Part shown: positions 1-10,632 of the stretch, in pieces
How the letters are laid out: each line of letters starts with the position of its first letter
Position numbering within the stretch: the first letter of the stretch is position 1
Assembly (NCBI GenBank): GCA_963814035.1
Contig: CAWFBH010000012.1
Span: 75,806-139,805 of the forward strand
DNA length: 64,000 bases
Reading direction: 5' to 3'
Source: an uncultured delta proteobacterium
Lineage (GTDB): Bacteria > Desulfobacterota > Binatia > Binatales > Binataceae
Notes under the pieces: model-generated
What the model was told of the DNA's origin: nothing
Databases searched by the model: none
The model's input: only the letters and a program-made list of their open reading frames with translations
Made by a program: the position numbers and the translations under genes

Positions 1-8
1 AGCGGAAG

Positions 9-644
9 CTATCGCGCGAGTCCGGGAAGAAGTTGCGCCAGCCCGCCGACGATAAATTCCACCGCAACCGCGGCAAGCAGCAGTCCGAGCAGCCGGCTGA
101 TAATGTTGATGCCGGTCTTGCCCAGCAGCTTGCTAATCGGATCGGCCATCCGCAGCGAAGTCCACACTACGAGAGCAACCAGGAGGCCGGCGACCACCAA
201 AAAGAGAGTGTCATACGCGTCCTTCGCCTGATGCGCGTAGATGATAATCGTGCTGATGACGCCGGGCCCCGCCAATAGTGGAATGCCGAGTGGCACCACC
301 GCAGGGTCTTCCTTTTCGGTCCCTTCCCGCACTTCTTCCGGCGTGCTGACTGTCCTGCTGAGGCGCGCATTCAACATCGAAATCGCCATCAGCAGGATGA
401 CGATGCCGCCGCCGACGCGAAACGACGCGACGCTCACACCGAACACGCGCAGCAGCGGTTCTCCGATGAACACCGAGAGCACCAGCACGGTTGCGACGGT
501 AATCGCGGTGATGTTGGCCGTGCGTTTGCGCTCCGGCGCACTTTGACCGGAGGTCAGCGTGATGAAGATCGGAATCGTCGCCAGCGGGTCAGTGATAACG
601 ATCAATGCGGTCGCGATTTCCGCGCTGGTTCTCCAATCCTGCAT
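9..644 (-). CDS. MarC family (UPF0056) integral membrane protein
   Basis: ORF 9..863(-) trimmed to Met74 (MQDWRTSAEIATALIVITDPLATIPIF...), where the hydrophobic MarC-like body begins (also GIPLLAGPGVISTIIIY). The 73 upstream codons are Pro/Ser/Arg-rich read-through overlapping the divergent hydrolase gene. Confidence 0.75.
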   Translation of the reverse strand: MQDWRTSAEIATALIVITDPLATIPIFITLTSGQSAPERKRTANITAITVATVLVLSVFIGEPLLRVFGVSVASFRVGGGIVILLMAISMLNARLSRTVSTPEEVREGTEKEDPAVVPLGIPLLAGPGVISTIIIYAHQAKDAYDTLFLVVAGLLVALVVWTSLRMADPISKLLGKTGINIISRLLGLLLAAVAVEFIVGGLAQLLPGLAR

Positions 645-723
645 CGTGCTGCCGTACCTCGTGCTCAGGCGTTGCCAAAGCGTGCCGAAGTTAGGATAAC
701 CAGCATCGGTCGGGAGGAGAATC

Positions 724-1566
724 ATGCGAGTACAAGTTGGCGATGGACGGTTGTTTTTTGATGTCGAGGGCGCGAAGTTCGTGCCCGATGGTCCAAAGAT
801 GCGCGAGCGGCCGACACTGTTGTTGCTGCACGGCGGTCCAGGATTCGACCATTCGAATTTCAAACCCGACCTGAGCCCGCTCGCCGAGGTTGCGCAGGTC
901 GTTTATCTCGACCATCGCAGCAATGGCCGCAGCGATCGCACCTCGCCCGATCGATGGACGCTCGCCAACTGGGCCGATGACGTACGCGCATTCTGCGAGG
1001 CACTCGAAATCGAAAAGCCGGTTGTAATGGGTACCTCTTTCGGCGGCTTCGTCGCGCAGGCATATGGCACCCGGCATCCCGAGCATCCGGGCAAGCTCAT
1101 CTTCTGCACGACCTCGGCGAAGTGGCGTCTGTCGCGAGTGCTCGATGTTTTCGAGCGCCTCGGAGGAAAGGAAGCGCGGGAAGCGGCCAAAAATTACTGG
1201 GAGAATCCCAGCGCTGAGACCGTCGCAGATTACATCCGGGTATGCATCCCGCTGTACAACCACAATCGGCGCGGCAGCGAAATGTTCACGCGCAGCGTGA
1301 TGAACATGGAGGTCGTACTGGACTTTCCGCGCCGTGAGCAAACCAAGTTTGATTTTCTGCCGGAGCTGAAACGCATCAAATGTCCCACGCTGGTGCTCGG
1401 TGGCGAAGACGATCCCATCACGCCGATTGAGGATTCCCAAGACATCGCCGCGGCGCTTCCGAAGGAGTTGGTGCGCTTTGAGAGGTTTCCTGCCACCGGC
1501 CACGGCATCGTCAACGACGCGCCCGAACGTTTTATCCAGGTCCTGAAAGAGTTCGTCACCAGCTGA
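724..1566 (+). CDS. alpha/beta-fold hydrolase (proline iminopeptidase-like)
   Basis: LLLLHGGPG oxyanion motif, GTSFGG nucleophile elbow (G-x-S-x-G), and C-terminal ATGHG histidine region. ATG at 724. Confidence 0.85.
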   Translation: MRVQVGDGRLFFDVEGAKFVPDGPKMRERPTLLLLHGGPGFDHSNFKPDLSPLAEVAQVVYLDHRSNGRSDRTSPDRWTLANWADDVRAFCEALEIEKPVVMGTSFGGFVAQAYGTRHPEHPGKLIFCTTSAKWRLSRVLDVFERLGGKEAREAAKNYWENPSAETVADYIRVCIPLYNHNRRGSEMFTRSVMNMEVVLDFPRREQTKFDFLPELKRIKCPTLVLGGEDDPITPIEDSQDIAAALPKELVRFERFPATGHGIVNDAPERFIQVLKEFVTS

Positions 1567-1667
1567 ATCTTCCTCGCGTGACGGGGGTTTTATAGGGGCT
1601 TCGGCACCGTTATCATCGTGTCTCTGGTGCATGATGAGTGGGGCCACCTCGGCATTCACCTGTTTCG

Positions 1668-2784
1668 ATGGACAATTCGCCCAACAGTCAGGTGGCGGGA
1701 CCACCTATAAATCCGAAACGCATCCTCATCATTCTCAACGGTGCGATTGGCGATGTGGTCCGCGCTTTGCCGCTGCTGGGCAGAATCCGCCACGGGTTTC
1801 CGACCGCGCATATCGCATGGGCCATCGAACCCAAATCGGCGCCGATTCTCGAAGCCCATCCGTGGCTCGATGAGACAATCCTTTACGACCGTCGCCGCGC
1901 GCCGTGGTCATTCGCGCCATTTCTGAAGCGCGTCCACGACGAACGCTTCGAGCTTGCCATCGATCTCCAGCGGCATCTCAAGAGCGGAATCATTTCGATG
2001 GTTTCGGGTGCGCGCGAACGCATCGGATTCAGTCGCGAGAACACGAAGGAACTGAATCATTGGTTTTCGACCCGACAAATCAAGCCTCAGCCGGAGATGA
2101 AATTAAAGCTGCTTCAGTATCAGGCCTTCGGCGACGCGCTCGGCTTGCCGCCTGCTCCAATCGAGTTCGGCCTCGCAGCTTTACCCCCTGAGCGCGACAG
2201 GGTTGAGTCGCTTCTGAAAGATGTTCCGCGCCCGCGTCTGGGCGTCATACTCGGTTCGTCGTGGCCGAGCCGGATCTATTTTCCCAAGTCAGTAGCCGCG
2301 GTGATCCGCGGAATGTGTAATCGAAGCTCCGTCAATGGCGATGGTCCGGCATTTTTTCCACTTGCTGCTCGGCGGACCGGATGAAGCCGCGCTGGCTTCC
2401 GAGGTGATGCGCGACTTGGGCAGCATCGAAGCGCTCAACCTCGCCGGGAAGACCTCGCTGCGCGATCTGATCGCGATTTTTCCCGAATGCGATGCCGCGT
2501 TTGGACCGGACTCCGGCCCGATGCATATCGCCGCGGCGGTCGGATGTCCGGTGGTTTCACTGTGGGGCGCGACTTCGCCGCAACGCTCCGCGCCATGGGG
2601 CTTCGACGATCTCGCGATTACTGGCGACATCCAGTGTCACCCCTGTTATCTGCGCAACTGCCCGGTTGGCCGCGAGTGCATGCATCGAATCGCTCCGGCA
2701 ACGGTCGTCGATGCGTTACGGCGCGCCCAGCGCCGGAGCGGCGAGGCAGTCGCCGCACCCGTGATCCTCGGCGGGGCTTTGTGA
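1668..2784 (+). pseudogene. glycosyltransferase family 9 (LPS heptosyltransferase-like), frameshifted as assembled
   Basis: ORFs 1638..2384 and 2335..2784 are the N- and C-halves of one GT9 enzyme (ILIILNGAIGDVVRALPLL...; ...LLLGGPDEAA...GPDSGPMHIAAAVGCPVVSLWG). They join (..GPAFF|HLLLGGPDE..) if the T6 run at 2352..2357 is read as T5. Start is ATG 1668 or GTG 1638. Confidence 0.8.
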
Positions 2785-3665
2785 TGAGCCGCGCGGCGGG
2801 TGAGCGTTTCGACCTGGGCCAATGGAGCTTCGTCGTTCCCGAGAGTGCCGGCGAGCTGACTCCGCGATTGCGAAAGGATCTCGTCGAGAACGCCGCGGCG
2901 GCGCTGGATGGGAGACGGGGCGCACCATTTCGCCACTCCCGTCACGCCACGACATGGAGAATTGGTGCCGCCGGCCTCGGCGGCGAACCCATCAACGTCT
3001 TCGTAAAGCGGATCGATCCTCCTCACGGTCTCGCCTCGCGTGCCAAGGCCGGATTTCGCGCGAAACGCTCCGAACACGTGCTGCGAATTTCGGAAGACCT
3101 CCGAAGAGGTCGATTCGGTGTGCCCCAAGTCCTGCTGATTGGAGAAAACCACGAAACCGGGCACGAAGTCATCGTGATGAGTCCGGCGCCGGGCTTTATG
3201 CTCACAAGATGGATGAACCCGATGCATCACACGGATGCGATGCTGCGCCGCCGAATCCTGCGCAGGCTCGGTGCCGAAGTCGGCAGGCTGCACCGCGCTG
3301 GATATATCCACGGCGATCTCACTCCCTACAATGTCTTCGCGACCGGCGATCCTGAAATAGCGATCACTTTCATCGATCATGAGGGTACCGAGAAAATCTC
3401 GCGAGTCAGCATCAACGTTGCACGAAACCGAATGCGTAACCTTGTGCAGCTCGGACACTTCGACATTCCCGGCGTATCGCGGACCGACAAAATGCGTGTC
3501 TTTGCCGGCTATGCGGATTCGGCTGGTTTGTCGAAAGCCGCGGCGCGCGGCTCGTTGGTGAGAGCTATCAAGATGATCGCGCGCCGGCGCAAACGCGATC
3601 GCGCGAGCAAGCGCGCCGCTTCGCAACCTGCGATAATGGCCGAAGAGGGTGCCGTCCGGAGCTAA
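2784..3665 (+). CDS. lipopolysaccharide kinase (Kdo/WaaP/InaA) family protein
   Basis: ORF 2487..3665 trimmed to ATG 2784, which overlaps the GT9 stop (GTGATGA). Kinase-like core: INVFVKRI, HRAGYIHGDLTPYNVF, ITFIDHEG. Confidence 0.75.
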   Translation: MSRAAGERFDLGQWSFVVPESAGELTPRLRKDLVENAAAALDGRRGAPFRHSRHATTWRIGAAGLGGEPINVFVKRIDPPHGLASRAKAGFRAKRSEHVLRISEDLRRGRFGVPQVLLIGENHETGHEVIVMSPAPGFMLTRWMNPMHHTDAMLRRRILRRLGAEVGRLHRAGYIHGDLTPYNVFATGDPEIAITFIDHEGTEKISRVSINVARNRMRNLVQLGHFDIPGVSRTDKMRVFAGYADSAGLSKAAARGSLVRAIKMIARRRKRDRASKRAASQPAIMAEEGAVRS

Positions 3666-4357
3666 TGCCTGATCCGATCAAAATATCGGTCGTGATACCG
3701 GTCTATAACGAGGTGAAAACGATTGGTGAGGTGATCAATCGCGTACTCAACTGCGGCTTCGATACCGAGGTCATTGTGGTCGATGACGCTTCGACAGACG
3801 GTACCCGCGAGTTTCTCCAGAGCTTTCAGCACCCTAACGTAAGAGTCTTCTATCATTCCAAAAATCGCGGCAAGGGCGCGGCGCTGCGAATGGGATTTGC
3901 GGCGGCTTCAAATCCATATGTCTTCGTTCAGGACGCCGACCTCGAATACGATCCGAATGACTACCGGGCGATGATCAAGCCGCTGGTGGATGGTCGCGCT
4001 GACATGGTTTATGGCTCGCGCTTCCTTGGCGGTCCGCACCGAGTGCTTTTGTACTGGCATTATCTCGGCAATCGGCTGATCACCCTGGTTTCGAACATCA
4101 TGAGTGACATGAACCTGAGTGACATGGAGACCGGGATGAAAGCGTTCGCGCGCGACAAGCTGTTACAACTTCGGCTTAGCGCGAACCGTTTCACTTTCGA
4201 ACCCGAGATCACGGTGAAAGCCAGCCGCGCGCGATGGCGAATTTACGAGGTCCCGGTTTCATACTCGGGACGCACCTACGATGAGGGCAAGAAGATCGGT
4301 TGGCGCGACGCGATTACCGCGATTTGCGCGATCGTTTACTACAGGTTCCTCGATTGA
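3665..4357 (+). CDS. glycosyltransferase family 2
   Basis: ISVVIPVYNE, VVDDASTDGT and QDADLEYDP (DxD) motifs of a GT-A fold family 2 enzyme. The ATG overlaps the upstream stop (TAATG). Confidence 0.85.
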   Translation: MPDPIKISVVIPVYNEVKTIGEVINRVLNCGFDTEVIVVDDASTDGTREFLQSFQHPNVRVFYHSKNRGKGAALRMGFAAASNPYVFVQDADLEYDPNDYRAMIKPLVDGRADMVYGSRFLGGPHRVLLYWHYLGNRLITLVSNIMSDMNLSDMETGMKAFARDKLLQLRLSANRFTFEPEITVKASRARWRIYEVPVSYSGRTYDEGKKIGWRDAITAICAIVYYRFLD

Positions 4358-5580
4358 TTGCGGAAACCAACTATCAGCCCGATCCGGCTATCGAGGTGGG
4401 CGAATCGAACCGGCATCCCGATAGTCGAGCGGCAAACTATGCGCAGAAACCGTTGCGCGTCCTCGGGGTTGATCCGGAACTCGGATTCGCAGGTGGCGAG
4501 ACTCAAGTGCTCGGGCTCACGGTCGGATTGCTGCGGGACGGCCATGATGCGGAACTTGCCTGCGATCCGCGGGGAAAGCTTTACGAGCGCGCGCGAGGAA
4601 GGGGCGTCGAGTGCCATCCGCTTTCGATTCGCAACGCGCTGGATTTCGCAGCCGGGATGCGTCTGCGAAATATACTCTCCCGTTCGGACTATGACGTCGT
4701 GCATTTCCATACCTCGCGGGCGCATGCGATGGCGCCATTTGCGCGTGGTCGCGCAGGCGCCCTCATCGTGACCCGACGGATGGACTACCGGCCCAATCGG
4801 CTATTCGCGCCCTACCTTTTCAATCGGGCCGTCGATGCCGTCGCGGCAATTTCCGGCAGAGTTGCCGAATCCTTAAGCGAGGCCGGCGTCACGCGCGATC
4901 ACATTCGAATCATCCCGTCGGGCGTGGACTGCGAGCATTTTCGGCCGGCGACTCCCGCCGAGCGCGACGCAGCGCGCGCCCGCCTGGGCATCAAGCGAGA
5001 GGATTTCCTGGTTGGGACGGTGGGCATGCTCGAGGAACGCAAGGGGCATCGCTATCTGCTCGAAGCGATCGCGAGGATAAATCGCTCCCGCGGCGAGGCA
5101 TCGCGAATCAAATGCGCGATCGCCGGCGACGGTGCGATGCGCGATGAACTTGAGAGCCTCGCGAAAGACTCGGGCATCGCCACCGACATTCTCTTTTTGG
5201 GTGTACTGGCTGATTCCCGCCAGCTACTTGATGCAATCGACGTTTTCGTGTTTCCCTCGCTGAAGGAAGGTCTCGGGGTGGCGCTACTCGAAGCGATGGC
5301 GTGCGGGCTCCCTGTCATCGCCAGTCGCGCAGGGGGAGTAATCGATGTTGTCGAAGACGCTCGCAACGGTGTGATGGTCTTACCCGGCGCCGCATTGCCT
5401 ATCGTCAACGCTATCGAAGCTTTGGCAAATGATGCCGGGCGGCGAGCAGATCTTGGAGCTGCCGCGAGACCGCATATCATCAACAATTTCTCCATCGATG
5501 CGATGACCAGAAAAACAATCGATCTTTACCGGACCTGTCTCGCGAGGCGGGCATCCGATACACCAGGGGCGAGGCACTAG
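4354..5580 (+). CDS. glycosyltransferase family 4 (GT-B)
   Basis: N-terminal LRVLGVDPELGFAGGETQV and C-terminal FVFPSLKEGLGVALLEAMACGLPVIASRAGG. The start is uncertain: TTG 4354 (overlaps the GT2 stop), TTG 4453 (gives MRVLGV..) or the track start at 4300. Confidence 0.8.
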   Translation: MIAETNYQPDPAIEVGESNRHPDSRAANYAQKPLRVLGVDPELGFAGGETQVLGLTVGLLRDGHDAELACDPRGKLYERARGRGVECHPLSIRNALDFAAGMRLRNILSRSDYDVVHFHTSRAHAMAPFARGRAGALIVTRRMDYRPNRLFAPYLFNRAVDAVAAISGRVAESLSEAGVTRDHIRIIPSGVDCEHFRPATPAERDAARARLGIKREDFLVGTVGMLEERKGHRYLLEAIARINRSRGEASRIKCAIAGDGAMRDELESLAKDSGIATDILFLGVLADSRQLLDAIDVFVFPSLKEGLGVALLEAMACGLPVIASRAGGVIDVVEDARNGVMVLPGAALPIVNAIEALANDAGRRADLGAAARPHIINNFSIDAMTRKTIDLYRTCLARRASDTPGARH

Positions 5581-6459
5581 ATGCGCAGCATGACAGGGTT
5601 TGGGCGGGCTCATATCGAGCGCGACGGGGTGCGGGTGGTGGCGGAGGTTCGCGCCCTCAATCAGCGGTTTTTTGAGCTGAAGCTCAGTCTTCCGCGCGGA
5701 TGGGGCGAGCACGAGGCACAGGTCCGCAAGATGGTCCAGGGGATGGTTTCGCGCGGGCGCGTGGAGGTTTTCATGCGCTATACCGCGACCAAGGCGCCTC
5801 CGGCCAAGCTCCAGGTGAACGAAAAATTAGCGAAACTATACATCACCGAACTGCGCAAGCTGGGAAAACAGTTGAACCTCAATGGACGCCTCGGCATGGA
5901 AACCATCATGCAGCGCCCCGAAATTTTCCACGTCATCGAGGACGAAGACGATCAGATTCATCATGGCGTCAAAATCGGATTCGAGGCGCTGGACCAGGCG
6001 CTGAAGAAACTCGAAGCCGAGCGTATCCGCGAGGGTAGCAGCCTCAAGCGCGACTTCGGGCGGCGCATCAAGAAGATTCTTGCGGCGGTTCCAAAAATCG
6101 AAAAGCTCTCGGGCGAAACTCGCGCCGAAGTGCTCGCCAGCTTCCAGACTCGCGTGAAGGAGTTACTCGCGGAACTGCCGGTCAATGAAAAACGCCTCTA
6201 TGAAGAGGCTGCCGGTGCGGCGCAACGCGGCGACATCACCGAGGAGCTGACTCGTCTGCGCATCCATCTGGAGGCGCTCAAAGAGCTGCTCGACCGCAAC
6301 GAGCCGGTCGGCAAATCCATCGAGTTCCTGCTCCAGGAAATCAATCGCGAAGTGAACACGATGGGATCCAAATCGCAAAATGCGGGGCTCTCGCAGCTGA
6401 CTGTCGAAGTCAAAGGTGAGACGGAGAAGATGCGCGAGCAGGTGCAGAATGTCGAATGA
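5581..6459 (+). CDS. yicC: YicC family stress-induced protein
   Basis: MRSMTGFGRA N-terminus and C-terminal EFLLQEINREVNTMGSKS motif. Conserved yicC-gmk neighbourhood. Confidence 0.85.
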   Translation: MRSMTGFGRAHIERDGVRVVAEVRALNQRFFELKLSLPRGWGEHEAQVRKMVQGMVSRGRVEVFMRYTATKAPPAKLQVNEKLAKLYITELRKLGKQLNLNGRLGMETIMQRPEIFHVIEDEDDQIHHGVKIGFEALDQALKKLEAERIREGSSLKRDFGRRIKKILAAVPKIEKLSGETRAEVLASFQTRVKELLAELPVNEKRLYEEAAGAAQRGDITEELTRLRIHLEALKELLDRNEPVGKSIEFLLQEINREVNTMGSKSQNAGLSQLTVEVKGETEKMREQVQNVE

Positions 6460-6525
6460 CGGGTTCGCATGCCCAAGCCGTCGCGGTTTAGAAGATGATT
6501 TGCGAGTGATGCGACTTTCATATTA

Positions 6526-7156
6526 GTGTCTTTAATGACGGATTTGCCTCCCAGACGCGGTATAGTTTTTATCCTGTCTGCTCCATCCGGAGCAGGAAAA
6601 ACTACTATCTGGCGGGCGGCGCTGGAGCGCATTCCGGAGATAGAATTCTCGGTCTCTCTGACCACCCGCAAGCCGCGTGGCAGCGAGGTCGACGGGACCG
6701 ATTATCATTTCGTGAGCGAGGATGAGTTCATACGCAGGCGCGATGGCGATGAACTTGCCGAATGGGCGCAAGTTTTCGACGCCAGCTATGGCACCCTGAG
6801 AAAACCCCTCGACGGCGCCATTCAGTCCGGTCGCGACATTCTGCTCGATATCGATATCCAGGGGGCGCGGCAGATTCGCGCCAAGTTCCAGCATGATTCG
6901 GTGGCCGTTTTCGTATTGCCGCCTACCTTCAACGAGCTTTCGCAACGCCTGCGCAAGCGCGGTACCGAAACCGAGGACGCCATTGCGCGCCGCCTCAATC
7001 GCGTCCCGCGAGGAAGCCCGTGCCTACTCCGAGTATGATTACCTGATCATCAACGACAACGTCGACGATTCCGTGGAGAAGTTCCGCGCCATCGTCAACG
7101 CCGAACGCTCGCGCGTCGCGAGGCTACGGGAAGGGTTCGCGCCGTGGAAGAGCTAG
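6526..7156 (+). pseudogene. gmk: guanylate kinase, frameshifted as assembled
   Basis: P-loop SAPSGAGKTT and TTRKPRGSEVDGTDYHFVS lie in ORF 6526..7038. The conserved C-terminus (REEARAYSEYDYLIINDNVDDSVEKF) lies in ORF 6893..7156, +1 frame. The junction is near CCC 7005..7007 (one C fewer gives RRLNRVREEARAY). Confidence 0.85.
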
Positions 7157-9360
7157 CCCAGCAGAGCGAGCCGCAGGAACTCGACGATCTGTTGCGCCGG
7201 GTCGTCGCCTACAACCCCGAGGCTGACCTCGCGCTGATCCGGCGTGCGTACGATTACTCGGCGCGGATGCACGGCGAGCAGAAGCGTGAGTCGGGCGAGC
7301 CGTATGTAACGCATCCGCTCAACGTCGCGCTCATCGCCACGCAGCTCAAACTCGATGTGCCCTCGATCGTCACCGCGTTACTTCACGATGTGGTCGAAGA
7401 CACCGGCACCTCGCTGCCCGACGTCGAAGCCTTGTTCGGTGCGGAAGTCGCACGGCTGGTCGATGGTGTCACCAAGGTTTCGAAAATCACCTTCTCCAGC
7501 CGCGCGGAAAAGCAGGCGGAGAATTTCCGCAAGATGATCATCGCGATGGCCCAGGACATCCGGGTCGTCATGGTCAAGCTGGCGGACCGCCTCCACAACA
7601 TGCGCACGCTCGGCCCGCTCGCGCCGGAGCGGCAGTTGGAGATTTCGCGCGAGACGTTGGAAATCTACGCGCCCATCGCGCATCGGCTCGGCATCTATTG
7701 GATGAAATCGGAGCTCGAGGATAACGCTTTCCGCTACGTCAATCATGGCGCGTACTCGACGCTCAAAACCTTCGTCGCGAGCAAACGCGCCGAGCGCGAG
7801 GACTATATCCGCGCGGTAATCCAGATCCTGACCAAGCGGCTGGAAGACTCCGGCGTCCTCGCCGAAGTCACCGGGCGGCCCAAGCACTTCTATTCGATCC
7901 ACACGAAGATGCAGGAAGAGGCCCTCACCTTCGATGAGATTTATGACCTGGTCGCGTTTCGCATCATCGTGGGTTCGGTGCGCGAATGTTACGAAGCGCT
8001 CGGCGTGGTGCATGCGAATTGGAAGCCGGTGCCTGGCCGCTTCAAGGATTACATCGCGCTGCCCAAGCCCAACATGTACCAGTCGTTACACACGACCGTG
8101 ATCGGTCCGCGCGGTCAGCGGATGGAAGTGCAGATTCGTACCCGCGAGATGCATCGCGTGGCCGAGGAAGGAATCGCGGCGCATTGGACCTACAAGCAGG
8201 GCGTGTCGCCGGAGCAGCGCGATACCGAGCGTTTCGCATGGCTGCGGCGTCTGGTCGAATGGCAGCAGAATCTGAAAGACCCGCAGGAATTCCTCTCCAC
8301 CGTTCGCGACGATCTTTTTCCCGAAGAAGTTTTTGTCTTCACCCCCAAGGGGGACGTCCTCGATTTTCCCAAAGGCGCGAGCGTGATCGACTTCGCGTAT
8401 CGAATTCACAGCGGAGTTGGAAACCATCTGGCAGGCGCGCGCATCAACGGCCGCATGGTGCCGCTGCGCTATCGGCTGAACTCGGGCGATACCGTCGAGG
8501 TCATCACCAACGAGAAGCAGACACCCGGTAAAGACTGGGCGAATTTCGTCGTCACCGCGCGCGCCAAGAGCAGAATCCGCCAGTGGTTTCGCGCGCAGCA
8601 ATCGGAGCGCTCGCGCGAGCTGGGCATTTCGCTTCTGGATCGCGAGCTCGAAACGCTGAAACTCTCGGTCAATCAACTGCGCAATGACAAACGCCTCGAA
8701 GGCGCGCTCAAGGAATTTTCGCAGCGCAACGTCGACGGCCTGCTCGCCGCGGTCGGCTACGGCATCATCACACCCGGCCAGTTGCTGGGCAAAGTCCTCA
8801 CCGCCGATGAGCTCAAAATTTATCGCGGAGAGAAACCGCCAGCGCTGCCCGGACCGGTAACCGCCGATCGCGCGGCCAAAGAAGCGCGGCGCGCCGCCAG
8901 CGGAGCGGTGGTCGTTTCAGGAATCGGCGACATGATGGTGCGCTTCGCGCGATGCTGCAATCCGTTGCCAGGCGAAGCGATCACCGGCTTCATCACGCGC
9001 GGGCGCGGCGTTACGGTGCATCTCGCGGGATGCCCGCATGCGCTCCTTTCCGATCCGCAGCGCCGCGTGCCGGTGGTATGGAAAGACGATGAGGCGACTC
9101 CGCGCCCGATCCGCCTCGAAGTGCTATGTGCCGATCAGCCGGGCCTCTTGGCCGCGATGTCAAAGGCCATCGCCACCGTCGGTGTGAACATCACCACGGC
9201 GGAAGTGAAGACCAACGGCAACGATGGGCGCGCGCTCTCGATTTTCGAACTCCTTGTCACCAGCGCGCGCCAGTTGAACACGCTGATGAGCTCGATTGCC
9301 GCGATCGATGGTGTGATGAGGGTGTCGCGCCTCGGGCAGCAGAACGGCGCGCGCGACTGA
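7144..9360 (+). CDS. relA: bifunctional (p)ppGpp synthetase/hydrolase (RelA/SpoT family)
   Basis: HD hydrolase domain (ESGEPYVTHPLNVA..LLHDVVEDTG), synthetase domain (DYIALPKPNMYQSLHTTV..EVQIRTREMHRVAEEGIAAHWTYK), TGS and C-terminal ACT-like regions. GTG start overlaps the gmk end. Confidence 0.95.
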   Translation: MEELAQQSEPQELDDLLRRVVAYNPEADLALIRRAYDYSARMHGEQKRESGEPYVTHPLNVALIATQLKLDVPSIVTALLHDVVEDTGTSLPDVEALFGAEVARLVDGVTKVSKITFSSRAEKQAENFRKMIIAMAQDIRVVMVKLADRLHNMRTLGPLAPERQLEISRETLEIYAPIAHRLGIYWMKSELEDNAFRYVNHGAYSTLKTFVASKRAEREDYIRAVIQILTKRLEDSGVLAEVTGRPKHFYSIHTKMQEEALTFDEIYDLVAFRIIVGSVRECYEALGVVHANWKPVPGRFKDYIALPKPNMYQSLHTTVIGPRGQRMEVQIRTREMHRVAEEGIAAHWTYKQGVSPEQRDTERFAWLRRLVEWQQNLKDPQEFLSTVRDDLFPEEVFVFTPKGDVLDFPKGASVIDFAYRIHSGVGNHLAGARINGRMVPLRYRLNSGDTVEVITNEKQTPGKDWANFVVTARAKSRIRQWFRAQQSERSRELGISLLDRELETLKLSVNQLRNDKRLEGALKEFSQRNVDGLLAAVGYGIITPGQLLGKVLTADELKIYRGEKPPALPGPVTADRAAKEARRAASGAVVVSGIGDMMVRFARCCNPLPGEAITGFITRGRGVTVHLAGCPHALLSDPQRRVPVVWKDDEATPRPIRLEVLCADQPGLLAAMSKAIATVGVNITTAEVKTNGNDGRALSIFELLVTSARQLNTLMSSIAAIDGVMRVSRLGQQNGARD

Positions 9361-9505
9361 ACTACATTTGCGCGGCTCATCCGTCTGGCACGCCGGTCGC
9401 AAAGCCAAAGAGCGACCGCCGCGCCATCCACCTCCCTCGCCCAGCCAGGGAAGGGATCCGAAGGTGTGACTGGTCACAGCCATTCGCATCAGCAAGGATG
9501 CTCGC

Positions 9506-9886
9506 ATGAAAAAGATTATCGAGACGCGGCAGGCGCCGGCGGCGATTGGGCCATATTCTCAGGCGATCGATGTCGGCGATACTGTCTATCTGTCGGGGCA
9601 AATCGGCCTCGATCCCAAGAAAGGGGCTCTGGTTCAAGGCGGCATCGAGCGCGAGACGCGTCAGGTTCTCGATAACATTCGCGAGGTGCTAGGCGCCGCC
9701 GGGCTGGGATTCGGCGATGTCGTCAAGACCACAATTTTTCTGATCAGCCTCACGGACTTCGAGATCGTCAATGGAATTTACGGCGAGCATTTCACCGAGA
9801 GTTTTCCCGCCCGCTCAACGGTTCAGGTCGCCGCGCTTCCACGCGGTGCGATGATCGAAATCGAGGTCATCGCAAAACGATCGTAG
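9506..9886 (+). CDS. ridA: RidA/YjgF family reactive-intermediate deaminase
   Basis: APAAIGPYSQAI..VYLSGQIGLDP..., FPARSTVQVAALPRGAMIEIEVIA. Confidence 0.9.
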   Translation: MKKIIETRQAPAAIGPYSQAIDVGDTVYLSGQIGLDPKKGALVQGGIERETRQVLDNIREVLGAAGLGFGDVVKTTIFLISLTDFEIVNGIYGEHFTESFPARSTVQVAALPRGAMIEIEVIAKRS

Positions 9887-9896
9887 CGCAGTCGAG

Positions 9897-10631
9897 CTAC
9901 GAAATCGCAGTCATAATCTTGAGCGACTCGTCATCGAGATAGCGCCCATGGGGATCGAGCTTGCGAATCGACGAAGCCAGCCGCTTGAGATTGCGCTTGC
10001 GCTGTGATCGCGAGACCGCCGTCGACGAAATCCGGGCCTTGTCAAAGTCGAGGATCACTACGGTGAAGCCGTCACCCGCCATTGAGACGTACAGGTTGTG
10101 CAGGTTGAGGTCGTCGTGGAAGAGGCCCTGTTCGTGCATCGTGTCGATGGAGTAACGCGCCATCCTGACCACGTGGCCGAGGCTGCGCGGGTCGGTCTCG
10201 ACCTTGACGAATTCCCACATCGTCATGCCGGGGATCGCCTTGGTGATAACCGCGCCGCGGTAGATGGCGGGAGAAACCTTCTCGACGATCGCGCCCATCG
10301 GCTCGGGAACCGAGACTCCGCGATTGCGCGCTTCGGTTACCAGGTTGAGTTCGTACACCATGCGCGGAACGAAGCCGACGTAGAAGTCGCCGAGCACGCG
10401 CATCATGCCGCCGCGCATCGAACGGCGCACAAACAATTTCGGGGCGCCATCGACGCTGATAGGGTGACCGCTTTCGCGATTGCCCGCGCCTTTCTTGCCG
10501 GAGCGCAGCGTACGATCGATCTCCAACAAAAGTGCGGCCGCGAAGGGAGCGACTTCACGATGAAGATAGGCAGTCTTGCGGCCAAGCTGGCTCTTGATGA
10601 AATCCGGACCGGGATCGCCGCTGAGATTCAC
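9897..10631 (-). CDS. Kdo kinase-like / lipopolysaccharide kinase family protein
   Basis: GLFHDDLNLHNLYV catalytic loop and VILDFDKARI. Last gene of the waaA-lpxK string. GTG start 1 nt downstream of the GT87 stop. Confidence 0.75.
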   Translation of the reverse strand: MNLSGDPGPDFIKSQLGRKTAYLHREVAPFAAALLLEIDRTLRSGKKGAGNRESGHPISVDGAPKLFVRRSMRGGMMRVLGDFYVGFVPRMVYELNLVTEARNRGVSVPEPMGAIVEKVSPAIYRGAVITKAIPGMTMWEFVKVETDPRSLGHVVRMARYSIDTMHEQGLFHDDLNLHNLYVSMAGDGFTVVILDFDKARISSTAVSRSQRKRNLKRLASSIRKLDPHGRYLDDESLKIMTAIS

Positions 10632-10632
10632 G

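Noticed and set aside
2352-2357. T6 run in the GT9 gene as a programmed slippage or phase-variation site.
   Set aside because: A 6-nt homopolymer is short for phase variation. Six other conserved genes in the window carry comparable indels in unrelated contexts, so a technical origin is more parsimonious.
7038-7156. Expected rpoZ between gmk and relA/spoT, as in many proteobacteria.
   Set aside because: The corrected gmk frame runs to 7156 and overlaps the relA GTG start at 7144, leaving no room for rpoZ. It must be elsewhere.
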